64,000 bases of DNA from Candidatus Amesbacteria bacterium GW2011_GWC2_45_19 (lineage in GTDB: Bacteria > Patescibacteriota > Microgenomatia > CAZETR01 > Amesbacteraceae): contig LCKS01000002.1 of NCBI GenBank assembly GCA_001001555.1, positions 7,074 to 71,073 on the forward strand, written 5' to 3'. Below the pieces are notes generated by a model. That model was not told the DNA's origin, made no database searches, and was given only the letters and a program-made list of their open reading frames with translations. Made by a program: the position numbers and the translations under genes. This document shows, one piece after another, positions 56,470-64,000 of the stretch; positions within the stretch are counted from its first letter, which is position 1, and each line of letters opens with the position of its first letter.

Positions 56470-56976
56470 TTAGTTACAGATAATTTTGAGCGTTTGGCCC
56501 ACGTACAGCAGATTAGGGTTGGCCAATTTGTTTTCATTGGCTGTTTTCACCCAGGCGTACCCGTTTTGGCAAATTTTCACCGAGATGTTCCACAGATTGT
56601 CGCCTGCCTCCACGGTGTAGCTAACCGGCTGTTTGACTTCCACTTCGGGCAAAGTCAGTTTGGTGCCGACGTACAGCAAGTCCGGATGATTAGCCAAAAC
56701 TTCTTTATTGGCCTGATATACGTCCGTCCAGTTGTAGCCGGATCCGTAAGCTGCCTCGGAAATAGTCCATAGGCTATCGCCCGCCACTACGGTGTATTCA
56801 TTTCCCGCCACCGGTTCTTCGACCTTAACGGTGGATGTGGATGTAGTCTCGCCCTTTTTGTTTACCGATTTAAAGTAGTTGTACAGCAGCCCCACGACCA
56901 GAAGTACCACTACTAATCCCAATCCCATGCTGATATTTTGCTCGTTCAGTTTCAGTTTTTTCAATAAATCTTTCAT
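56470..56976 (-). CDS. LysM-domain peptidoglycan-binding protein (two LysM repeats, N-terminal TM)
   Basis: YTVVAGDSLWTISEAAYGSGYNW...LLYVGTKLTLP and YTVEAGDNLWNISVKICQNGYAW...LLYVGQTLKI. Confidence 0.8.
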   Translation of the reverse strand: MKDLLKKLKLNEQNISMGLGLVVVLLVVGLLYNYFKSVNKKGETTSTSTVKVEEPVAGNEYTVVAGDSLWTISEAAYGSGYNWTDVYQANKEVLANHPDLLYVGTKLTLPEVEVKQPVSYTVEAGDNLWNISVKICQNGYAWVKTANENKLANPNLLYVGQTLKIICN

Positions 56977-57039
56977 CGTTCCTCCTTCCCGGGCAGAGAT
57001 ATGGTTAGGCCAAGAATATACCCTGAACGCATTATCAAA

Positions 57040-58542
57040 TCAATGGGTATTCATTTGAAAACGGCCCGAACCGGTCAGGAGGCGCAGTGGGGAAGGATTG
57101 ATGGCTTGCAGTTGGGATACACTCTTGGCTCCTCTAAATACCATGGCCAGAATCGCGTCTTCGGTCAGCATATGCAAATTGTATGTCAGGGTCGGTAAAA
57201 CGTTTTTTACATAGCTCATTTCAGCCTTGGTTGTTTCTCCTTCCACAAACGAAGGAATAGTGAATGGCAGCAATTTGCCGTCTAAAAATTTGGTTCTGGC
57301 CGACGCCTCTCCCCCGTAAGGCTTAAACAATCTGCCTTTCTCGTCAGAACAAAACAGCATTCCCCCCGGGGATTCGATGGTTCCTCCCGCCACCACCCGG
57401 GAAACGCTGATCCCGGAAGCTCCCAGCAGTAAACTGGTGGCTACATGGTCTGATGCGCCTCCCTCGACAATAATGGGAATTAGCAGCTCGCCCCGCAGTC
57501 CCCATACCAGTTCCGGCCAATCAATGACCGATCCGCTTCTTACTCCCGTGACGCATCTGCCTCCGCCGCCGACGCCCACAAATAATCCGTCGGCCCCCGC
57601 TTCCTGCACCCGCTTGGCCTGGTCGACGTCTACCACTTGGCCTGAAAACATTTCCACCTTTTGTCCAAATTCCTTTCTCAGAGCCATAGTTGTCCGTTCC
57701 AAATTCAGCCCCGGTTCCGGAGAATACACCCTAAATGATCTTACTCCGGCTTTATACAGCGAATTGGCTCTTTCCAAAGCTGTGATAGGATTAGTTTCCA
57801 GAGTTCCCACCACATTGTTTTTCCACCACCCGGAAACCCCTCTTCTGTCAGCCCGTTTGGCCAGTATCAGCTCTTCCAGCTCGTCCAATCTCTCGAATAC
57901 TTCTCTGGCCAAATCGGCTTGCCGGACAATTTTCGACAGCACGCCATTTCTGGGAATTCCAGCCAAACTGTGGCTGGCAGCCATGGTGGCTACCGCCAGC
58001 GAACTGTTCCATACATCAGGAGAGGCAGATCCTACAAATAGGTTTCTACCCTGGCGGCCCAGTTTGACAAAAGGGCCTTGGGCATATCTTTCTGTCCGGC
58101 TGATTCTGTCCCGGTCCGAACCCGTAACGCTGGCTCCCAAGTCTCCAATCGACAGGCTCATTCCCGTTTTGGCCACGTAGTCAAAAGCCCCGCATTCAAT
58201 TTTTGCCGGGGGTAGAAACTTGCTCCCTGTTACGGATTTTAAGTAGCCCATTCTGTGAGGATGATTGAACAGTTCCAAGAAAAACAGCCGCATCCTCAAA
58301 GTTTCGATCATTTTTTCCTGGGGCAGCATCTGCAGCGAAGCCACCGGCAAAGCGTCAAAAGGAGTCAACAACAACCCTTGGCTAGGATACACATCATCAT
58401 GGTTTTTACTCACTTTCAACCATGGCTCTAAATATCGGCTAATGTTTTTTTCATAAGGGAGCAGTTTGTCTAAGACTTTCTTTTCTCCAAAATCTTTTTC
58501 CCGGAATTTATTAAAATCGTTTCTTAACTGAGCGTTTGACAC
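57040..58542 (-). CDS. IMP dehydrogenase/GMP reductase-family TIM-barrel protein with novel N-terminal extension
   Basis: GVGGGGRCVTGVRSG and IIVEGGASDHVATSLLLGASGISV resemble IMPDH catalytic loop and phosphate-binding regions; about 170 aa N-terminal region without match. Confidence 0.45.
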   Translation of the reverse strand: MSNAQLRNDFNKFREKDFGEKKVLDKLLPYEKNISRYLEPWLKVSKNHDDVYPSQGLLLTPFDALPVASLQMLPQEKMIETLRMRLFFLELFNHPHRMGYLKSVTGSKFLPPAKIECGAFDYVAKTGMSLSIGDLGASVTGSDRDRISRTERYAQGPFVKLGRQGRNLFVGSASPDVWNSSLAVATMAASHSLAGIPRNGVLSKIVRQADLAREVFERLDELEELILAKRADRRGVSGWWKNNVVGTLETNPITALERANSLYKAGVRSFRVYSPEPGLNLERTTMALRKEFGQKVEMFSGQVVDVDQAKRVQEAGADGLFVGVGGGGRCVTGVRSGSVIDWPELVWGLRGELLIPIIVEGGASDHVATSLLLGASGISVSRVVAGGTIESPGGMLFCSDEKGRLFKPYGGEASARTKFLDGKLLPFTIPSFVEGETTKAEMSYVKNVLPTLTYNLHMLTEDAILAMVFRGAKSVSQLQAINPSPLRLLTGSGRFQMNTH

Positions 58543-58570
58543 AGTTGCAAGTATACCGCAAAATCCATTT

Positions 58571-59134
58571 ATGCAAATTAAAACTATTTATTTTGCCACC
58601 GCCAACGAAGGAAAACTCAAAGAAGCTTCGGCGATTTTAGGTATAGAAGTCTTAGGATGCGGGTTGGATATTGCCGAAATTCAATCCTTAGACCCCATCA
58701 AAGTCGCAGTTCAAAAAGCCAAAGATTACTATCTCAAATTACAAAAACCCATTTTGGTAGAAGATGTGTCTTTAGCGTTTGCAGCCTTAAATGGTTTACC
58801 TGGACCATATATTAATGATTTTTCCAAAGCTCTGGGAAACACCGGCTTATTAGAATTATTAGTGTCCAAATCAGTTAGGTCAGCTACTGCCCAGACCACC
58901 CTAGTCTTCATAGATGCCTCACAACAGGAACACGTTTTTATGGGTAAGATAAAAGGGACGATTGCTCCAGCCCCCACCGGAGACAATGGTTTTGGCTGGG
59001 ACCCTATTTTCATTCCTCAAGGGCATACCAAAACTTTTGCTCAAATGACTGACGCCGAGAAAAATACCTGTTCCATGCGGGCTCTGGCTTTCCAAGAATT
59101 CAAAACCTGGATCAATCTTAGCAACTTCTGGTAA
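58571..59134 (+). CDS. rdgB: non-canonical purine NTP pyrophosphatase (RdgB/HAM1 family)
   Basis: IYFATANEGKLKEA, ILVEDVSL, GLPGPYINDF motifs. Confidence 0.85.
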   Translation: MQIKTIYFATANEGKLKEASAILGIEVLGCGLDIAEIQSLDPIKVAVQKAKDYYLKLQKPILVEDVSLAFAALNGLPGPYINDFSKALGNTGLLELLVSKSVRSATAQTTLVFIDASQQEHVFMGKIKGTIAPAPTGDNGFGWDPIFIPQGHTKTFAQMTDAEKNTCSMRALAFQEFKTWINLSNFW

Positions 59135-59147
59135 AATGACCTCGTCT

Positions 59148-59225
59148 GGGCTCGTGGTGTAGCTTGGTTAACACGTGTCCCTGTCAAGGACAAGATCGCC
59201 GGTTCGAATCCGGTCGGGCCCGCCA
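59148..59225 (+). tRNA. tRNA-Asp (anticodon GUC), CCA encoded
   Basis: Acceptor GGGCTCG/CGGGCCC (one G-U), anticodon stem TGTCC/GGACA loop CTGTCAA, T-arm GCCGG-TTCGAAT-CCGGT. Confidence 0.8.
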
Positions 59226-59291
59226 GACATAATTAGAGCGGTCCGATGTGACATCGGACAGGTCGGGGGTTCGAGTCCCCTCGGTCCCGCA
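59226..59291 (+). other. degenerate tRNA 3'-half-like remnant (T-arm GGGGG-TTCGAGT-CCCCT + CGGTCCCG) preceded by an 8-bp hairpin
   Basis: Resembles 3' half of adjacent tRNA-Asp (GGTTCGA.TCC...CGG.CCCGC) but no matching 5' acceptor strand or D-arm could be folded. Confidence 0.4.
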
Positions 59292-59415
59292 AATGTGGTA
59301 TAATGCATTCACAGGTTTGAACCGACAAATCTGTTTAAATCTGATTTGTATTTAAAGCAGGCAAGATAGTTTTTTCTTCTGATTTTGATACACGCTCTTA
59401 TTTAGGCAGTTTTGT

Positions 59416-60546
59416 ATGTTCAAAACACGACATAGGATCAAATCTTTTGACCCTTCGCTTCTGGTGAGAAACTCTCCGGCTCAACTTGCCCAAACTCCGG
59501 AAGCATATTTACCCAAACACACTTTTTCAGACTTCGGTTTTCCTCCCCAGCTAGTAAACAACATTGCCGGGCGCAACTACTCCACCCTCACTCCTATTCA
59601 GGATCAGGTAATCCCCCTGCTGTTGGAAGGCAAAGACGTAGTTGGTCTAGCCAACACCGGAACCGGCAAAACTGCTTCTTTCTTGCTTCCTTTTATCAAG
59701 AAAGTAGACGCCGACAGATCCCAAAAAGTGCTGATTATGGCCCCCACCCGGGAACTGGCTGTGCAAATAGAGGAGGAACTTAAAAATTTCTCCCGCCAAA
59801 TGAAAATATTTAGCGCTTTATGTATTGGTGGAGTGAGTATGCAAGGGCAAATCCGCAGCCTCTACCCTAATCCCAATTTTGTAATTGGTACCCCCGGCCG
59901 TTTAAAAGACTTGAGCTTGCGTCACAAAATTGTCTTTTCCTCTTTCAACACTGTGGTCTTAGACGAAGTAGACCGCATGCTGGATATGGGATTTATTCAC
60001 AATATGACCGATATCCTTTCGGCTTTGCCCAAACTGCGCCAATCAGCATTTTTCTCCGCCACCATGACCCCGCAAGTGCAAAAAGTCATGAACACTTTCC
60101 TAAAAAACCCCATCACTATATCTATAAAAACCCACACGGTAATCAGCAACATAGCCCAAGATGTAATCAAAACCAACGGTAAACCCAAAATTGACGTCTT
60201 GCACAATCTGCTGATTCAAGACGGTTTTGACAAGGTTCTGGTTTTTGGCAGAACCAAGTGGGGGCTGGAAAGATTAGCCACCGATTTAGCCAGAAGGGGA
60301 TTTGCCGTAGTCGCTATCCATGGAAACAAAAGCCAGGGCCAGCGTCAGCGCTCTTTGGCTGAATTTAAAAATAATAGGGTCAAGGTCCTTCTGGCTACCG
60401 ACGTGGCTTCCCGGGGATTAGATATCGACGACGTTACCCACGTCATCAACTTTGATCTGCCCGAATCTTACGAAGACTATATCCACCGCATCGGCAGAAC
60501 CGGCCGGGCCAGCAAAACCGGCATCGCCCTCACCCTCGTTCCCTAA
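59416..60546 (+). CDS. DEAD-box ATP-dependent RNA helicase
   Basis: Q-motif region, Walker A TGTGKTASF, DEVD (DEAD variant), SAT-like, HRIGRTGRA motif VI. Confidence 0.9.
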   Translation: MFKTRHRIKSFDPSLLVRNSPAQLAQTPEAYLPKHTFSDFGFPPQLVNNIAGRNYSTLTPIQDQVIPLLLEGKDVVGLANTGTGKTASFLLPFIKKVDADRSQKVLIMAPTRELAVQIEEELKNFSRQMKIFSALCIGGVSMQGQIRSLYPNPNFVIGTPGRLKDLSLRHKIVFSSFNTVVLDEVDRMLDMGFIHNMTDILSALPKLRQSAFFSATMTPQVQKVMNTFLKNPITISIKTHTVISNIAQDVIKTNGKPKIDVLHNLLIQDGFDKVLVFGRTKWGLERLATDLARRGFAVVAIHGNKSQGQRQRSLAEFKNNRVKVLLATDVASRGLDIDDVTHVINFDLPESYEDYIHRIGRTGRASKTGIALTLVP

Positions 60547-60561
60547 TATGTCAAACTAGGT

Positions 60562-60584
60562 CAAAAAGGCCACGCCTTTCAAAA
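60562..60584. repeat. REP-like palindrome CAAAAAGGCCACGCCTTTCAAAA
   Basis: Same GGCCACGCCTTTCAAA core as RAYT flanks; intergenic between helicase and polX. Confidence 0.75.
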
Positions 60585-60609
60585 TGTTGAAACTTGGTAT
60601 ACTGGACAT

Positions 60610-62388
60610 GTGATGGACACCAGCCGCCACATGACCAATTTGCAGGTTGCCAAGCTGCTGCGAGCCGTTGCTGCCGCAATAGAATTGTCGAGCGGAGACA
60701 ACAGATTCAGAATCGTGGCGTATCAGCGGGCAGCAGATGCCATCGAACATTCCAGCAGCGAAGTTAAAGACCTGTGGGACGACGGCAATCTTAAGGAGTT
60801 GGCGGGCGTGGGTGAAGCCATCGCCGGACATCTGGATGAATTGTTCAAGACGGGCAAAGTTAAACATTTCGAAGCTATTCTCAAACCATTTCCTCCAGCT
60901 TTGTTTGAGCTAATGGAGGTACCAGGAATAGGTCCCAAGACCGCCCTTAAGTTCAGTAAAGAACTCGGTATCACCCGCGCCCACTCCGCCATACCAGAAC
61001 TCCTCAAAGCCGCTAAAAAAGGCCGTATCGATGAACGGTTTATAAAGGCCATCGAGGAATATCAGGGCCGCTCCAGACGCTTGCTTCTGGATGTAGCCCA
61101 AACTATTGCCGATTCAATTGTAGGCTGGATGCGCAAAAATCCTCACGTGCGGGAGGCAAACACCCTGGGCAGTCTGCGCCGCCAGGCATCTACCGTAGGA
61201 GATATCGATATCGCCGTCGCTTCTGATCATGCCAAAGAAGTTATCGAACATTTCACTAAATATCCCCATAAATCCCGCGTTCTTGAAGCAGGTGTTCATA
61301 CTGCCTCCCTCATCCTCCCGAACGAATACCAAGTCGACCTCATGGTCCAGCCTCCGGCCGCCTATGGGGCTCTCCTGCAGCACTTCACCGGTTCCAAACA
61401 CCACAACATCAAACTTCGTGAATACGCCCTCAAAAAAGGCTACTCGCTCTCTGAATACGGTATCACCCCCCGTCCCAGTACCTCACTCTCTAATCCCTCT
61501 CCTATAATAGGAGAGGGACGAAAGGGAGAGGTATTATCATTTCCTACGGAAGAAAAATTCTACAACTTTCTCGGTTTAGACTGGATTCCCCCCGAACTGC
61601 GCGAAGGAGAAAATGAAATCGAATTAGCCAAATTACACCAACTACCCAAATTGGTTGAGCTTTCTGACATCAGGGGTGATTTACAAATGCACAGCGACTT
61701 TAACATTGAGCCGTCTCATGATTTAGGGTTAAGTAGTGTGGATGAGTTGTGTGATAAGGCTAGGGAGTTGGGATATGAGTATATAGGAATCACCGACCAC
61801 AACCCGGCTGTTTCCGGTCATACCCAGGCTCAAATTCTGGATTTAATCAAAAAGAGGACAGAAGTTATTCAATTTCAAAAACGAGCAATTCATGTATTCA
61901 ATAGCCTGGAAATTGATATTCAACCCATCGGCAAGCGGGCCCTACCTGACGCAGCGCTAGAACTACTTGATTATGCTTGCATAGCTATCCATAGCAGCTT
62001 TCGTCTGTCTCGAAAAGCTATGACCGACCGGGTTTTATCCGCCCTGGACCACCCCAAAGTAAAATTTTTCGCCCATCCTACAGCCAGGCTTCTGGGTCAG
62101 CGCGAAGGGGTGGAATTAGATTGGGACCGGATTTTCGACTTCTGCGTCCGGAATCATAAATGGCTGGAGATTGACGGTTGGCCAAATAGATTGGACCTGC
62201 CGGATGTAGTGGCCAAAGACGCCATTAAATACGGAGTTAAATTAGTGGTCGATACCGACTCTCACGCCGCCGGGCAATTAGTTTATATGCGCTACGGCGT
62301 TTCCGTTGCCCGCCGCGCCGGAGCCGCTAAATATGATATTATTAACACAGGTTCTCTGAAGGAGGTGATTTCATGTCTTACCAAATAA
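60610..62388 (+). CDS. polX: family X DNA polymerase (PolX: pol-beta-like core + C-terminal PHP domain) carrying an in-frame palindromic-element insertion
   Basis: HhH GIGPKTALKF, catalytic GDIDIAV, PHP histidines (GDLQMHSDFN, ITDHNP...); 61479-61533 element encodes ...SLSNPSPIIGEGRKGEV... in the interdomain linker. Confidence 0.8.
   Translation: MMDTSRHMTNLQVAKLLRAVAAAIELSSGDNRFRIVAYQRAADAIEHSSSEVKDLWDDGNLKELAGVGEAIAGHLDELFKTGKVKHFEAILKPFPPALFELMEVPGIGPKTALKFSKELGITRAHSAIPELLKAAKKGRIDERFIKAIEEYQGRSRRLLLDVAQTIADSIVGWMRKNPHVREANTLGSLRRQASTVGDIDIAVASDHAKEVIEHFTKYPHKSRVLEAGVHTASLILPNEYQVDLMVQPPAAYGALLQHFTGSKHHNIKLREYALKKGYSLSEYGITPRPSTSLSNPSPIIGEGRKGEVLSFPTEEKFYNFLGLDWIPPELREGENEIELAKLHQLPKLVELSDIRGDLQMHSDFNIEPSHDLGLSSVDELCDKARELGYEYIGITDHNPAVSGHTQAQILDLIKKRTEVIQFQKRAIHVFNSLEIDIQPIGKRALPDAALELLDYACIAIHSSFRLSRKAMTDRVLSALDHPKVKFFAHPTARLLGQREGVELDWDRIFDFCVRNHKWLEIDGWPNRLDLPDVVAKDAIKYGVKLVVDTDSHAAGQLVYMRYGVSVARRAGAAKYDIINTGSLKEVISCLTK
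61479..61533. repeat. CCCTCTCC hairpin-family element (ACCTCAC..CCCTCTCCTAT-a-ATAGGAGAGGG..GGGAGAGGTA) inside polX
   Basis: Block-by-block match to the intergenic 6855-6915 copy. Confidence 0.75.
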
Positions 62389-62906
62389 TTTTTTTTGCTA
62401 TTGCCGCAGGTTTAGTTTTATACGTTGTGGGAGTTTATAACGGTCTGGTTTCTCTGCGGACCCGCATCAAAGCTGCAGTTCAGGAAATCGGCAACCAGCT
62501 CAAGCGCCAGTTTGAGTTGATTCCCAATCTGGAAGCCTCGGTCAAAGGATATCTGGCTCACGAAAAAAGTATCTTAGAAATGCTGGCCGACGCCAGAAAA
62601 ATGGTAGCCAAAGGCCAGGACGCCTCAGCCAAAGTCGCCGAACTGCTGCCCAAATTACAGATAGTCGTGGAAAGCAATCCCCAGCTCAAGGGGTCTGACG
62701 TGGTAGGTAAATTAATGGAGGAACTGCGCGATACATCGGACAAAATTATGTATTCCCGCCGCACCATGATCGACTTGTCTGCCGACTATAATATCCGGCT
62801 GGTCACTTTCCCCAGTTCCGTTATCGCCAACGCTTTTGGCTTTAAACCTGAAAAAGGCTTGGAAGTGCCCGAAAGTGAACTGCAAACACCACAGGTGTCC
62901 ATATGA
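62373..62906 (+). CDS. lemA: LemA family protein
   Basis: N-terminal TM then LemA-like helical domain (VGVYNGLVSLR...); paired with htpX as commonly observed. Confidence 0.8.
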   Translation: MSYQIIFFAIAAGLVLYVVGVYNGLVSLRTRIKAAVQEIGNQLKRQFELIPNLEASVKGYLAHEKSILEMLADARKMVAKGQDASAKVAELLPKLQIVVESNPQLKGSDVVGKLMEELRDTSDKIMYSRRTMIDLSADYNIRLVTFPSSVIANAFGFKPEKGLEVPESELQTPQVSI

Positions 62907-63829
62907 TTAACGTTTACGAAGCAGTTGATGCCAACAAGCGTAAAAGTTGGCTGGTGATCGCCGGTTTTGTGGCTTTTGTCTTTGTGGCCGCCGTCTTCAT
63001 TTCCAAAGGCTTGGCTGCTTATTACGGTTACCAATCTACCGGTTTGGAATTGACCGGTATCGCATTGGTCATTTCCGGAGTCATGAGTCTGGCCGGCTAT
63101 TATTGGAGTGACTCGATTATTTTAGGCCTGTCTGGCGCTCGATTGGCAGACAAGCGCCGTGATTTTATGTTTTACACCGTGGCCGAAAATTTATGTTTGG
63201 CTGCCGGTTTGCCTCTACCCAAGCTGTACGTCATCGACGATACGGCCATGAACGCCTTTGCCACCGGCCGCGATCCCGCTCACGCCGCCATCTGTGCCAC
63301 CACCGGCCTGCTGGCCAAACTTAACCGCACCGAGCTGGAAGGGGTTATCGGCCATGAACTTTCTCACATTGGCAATTACGATACCCGCCTCATGGCCATC
63401 GTCACTATTTTGGTGGGGCTAATCACCCTGTTGGGAGATTGGCTGCTGCGGGCTAGCTGGTTTGGAGGCCGCAGCCGTAACAGCGAAGACAGGGGATCGG
63501 GAGCTATTTTTCTGATTTTAGGTCTTGTTTTGGCCCTGCTTTCGCCCGTCATCGCCCAAGTAATTCAATTGGCCATCTCCCGCCGGCGGGAATTTCTAGC
63601 CGACGCGTCGTCAGTCAAATTAACCCGTCAGCCATCGGGACTAATTTCGGCTCTCAAGAAATTAGGAGCAGACAAAGAGCCTTTAGAAGCGGCCAACAAA
63701 GCCACCGCCCATTTGTATATTACAAATCCGTTAAAAAATAGGCATGACGCCCGCGGCTGGTTTGCAAATATGTTTAATACTCATCCTCCTCTCTCCGACC
63801 GCATCAAAGTCCTTGAACAAATGTCTTAA
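62903..63829 (+). CDS. htpX: zinc metalloprotease HtpX (M48 family)
   Basis: HELSHIGNYD zinc-binding motif, 4 TM, EFLAD motif. Confidence 0.85.
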   Translation: MINVYEAVDANKRKSWLVIAGFVAFVFVAAVFISKGLAAYYGYQSTGLELTGIALVISGVMSLAGYYWSDSIILGLSGARLADKRRDFMFYTVAENLCLAAGLPLPKLYVIDDTAMNAFATGRDPAHAAICATTGLLAKLNRTELEGVIGHELSHIGNYDTRLMAIVTILVGLITLLGDWLLRASWFGGRSRNSEDRGSGAIFLILGLVLALLSPVIAQVIQLAISRRREFLADASSVKLTRQPSGLISALKKLGADKEPLEAANKATAHLYITNPLKNRHDARGWFANMFNTHPPLSDRIKVLEQMS

Positions 63830-63835
63830 CTCTTG

Positions 63836-63890
63836 ACACGCCACCCACGATATATTATTCTGTACAAATATGTACAGGATAACAGAACTT
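63836..63890 (+). promoter_or_regulatory. promoter-like TTGACA-N17-TATATT followed by perfect palindrome CTGTACA-aata-TGTACAG
   Basis: Sequence read directly; CTGT...ACAG arms resemble LexA-type SOS boxes but the spacing is N10 rather than N8. Confidence 0.35.
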
Positions 63891-64000
63891 ACCAGGAGTG
63901 GAAGAGAACTGTTCCATACCGGAGATCTGGCTGTAATTTGGGGCGTTGAGAATAAAAATACCCTGTATACGGCCATTAAGAGGCTGGTGAGCAAAGGGGA

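Noticed and set aside
57377-58180. 267-aa plus-strand ORF antisense to the IMPDH-family gene
   Set aside because: Ser/Pro/Thr-rich low-complexity translation with no motif; the minus-strand ORF carries recognisable IMPDH-like loops.

Overview
This 64-kb window is from a roughly 50% GC bacterium. The gene content (short RecO, a dcw cell-division cluster with no mur ligase genes, many glycosyltransferases) suggests a reduced-genome uncultivated lineage, possibly CPR/Patescibacteria-like; this is inference. Layout, all strands as listed: (i) 0.1-12.7 kb: surface-polysaccharide locus with GT4 and GT2 glycosyltransferases, a hexapeptide acetyltransferase, a Wzy_C/O-antigen-ligase-like protein, an ArnT/PMT-like protein, ManC, an initiating sugar transferase and a DUF4012-like protein. 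(ii) 12.6-15.2 kb: recO, a small regulator-like gene and glyQS. (iii) 15.7-25.1 kb: mraZ-rsmH-ftsL-ftsI-mraY-ftsW-[hicB-hicA insertion]-murG-ftsA-ftsZ. (iv) 25.6-31.5 kb: ileS, rodA, rplU, rpmA, orphan parB, lepB and tRNA-Val. (v) 31.9-34.2 kb: a large secreted LamG-lipase protein. (vi) 34.2-44.1 kb: a second polysaccharide locus with methyltransferases, GT2/GT4 genes, a Wzx-like flippase and a second Wzy-like protein, interrupted by a REP-associated tyrosine transposase (RAYT) flanked by inverted REP hairpins. (vii) tRNA-Thr, then a minus-strand thermonuclease/HlyD-like/Zn-ribbon-nuclease operon. (viii) 47.6-56.1 kb: an AT-rich (~35% GC) island next to the 3' end of tRNA-Gly, carrying Bro-N and AlkD-like genes, an HTH-GHKL ATPase module and several unknown genes. 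(ix) 56.1-64 kb: a GIY-YIG mini-gene inside tRNA-Gly bounded by a 25-bp direct repeat, then LysM, an IMPDH-family gene, rdgB, tRNA-Asp plus a degenerate tRNA 3'-half, a DEAD-box helicase, PolX, lemA and htpX. Recurring structure not explained by the genes: two families of palindromic repeats (a REP family tied to the RAYT, and a CCCTCTCC/GGAGAGGG hairpin family found in frame inside two genes); three single-gene insertions each bounded by direct repeats that rebuild the adjacent host gene end or leader (hicBA at ftsW, the regulator upstream of glyQS, GIY-YIG at tRNA-Gly); and in-frame AT-only or microsatellite insertions inside housekeeping genes. No rRNA genes or CRISPR arrays were seen.
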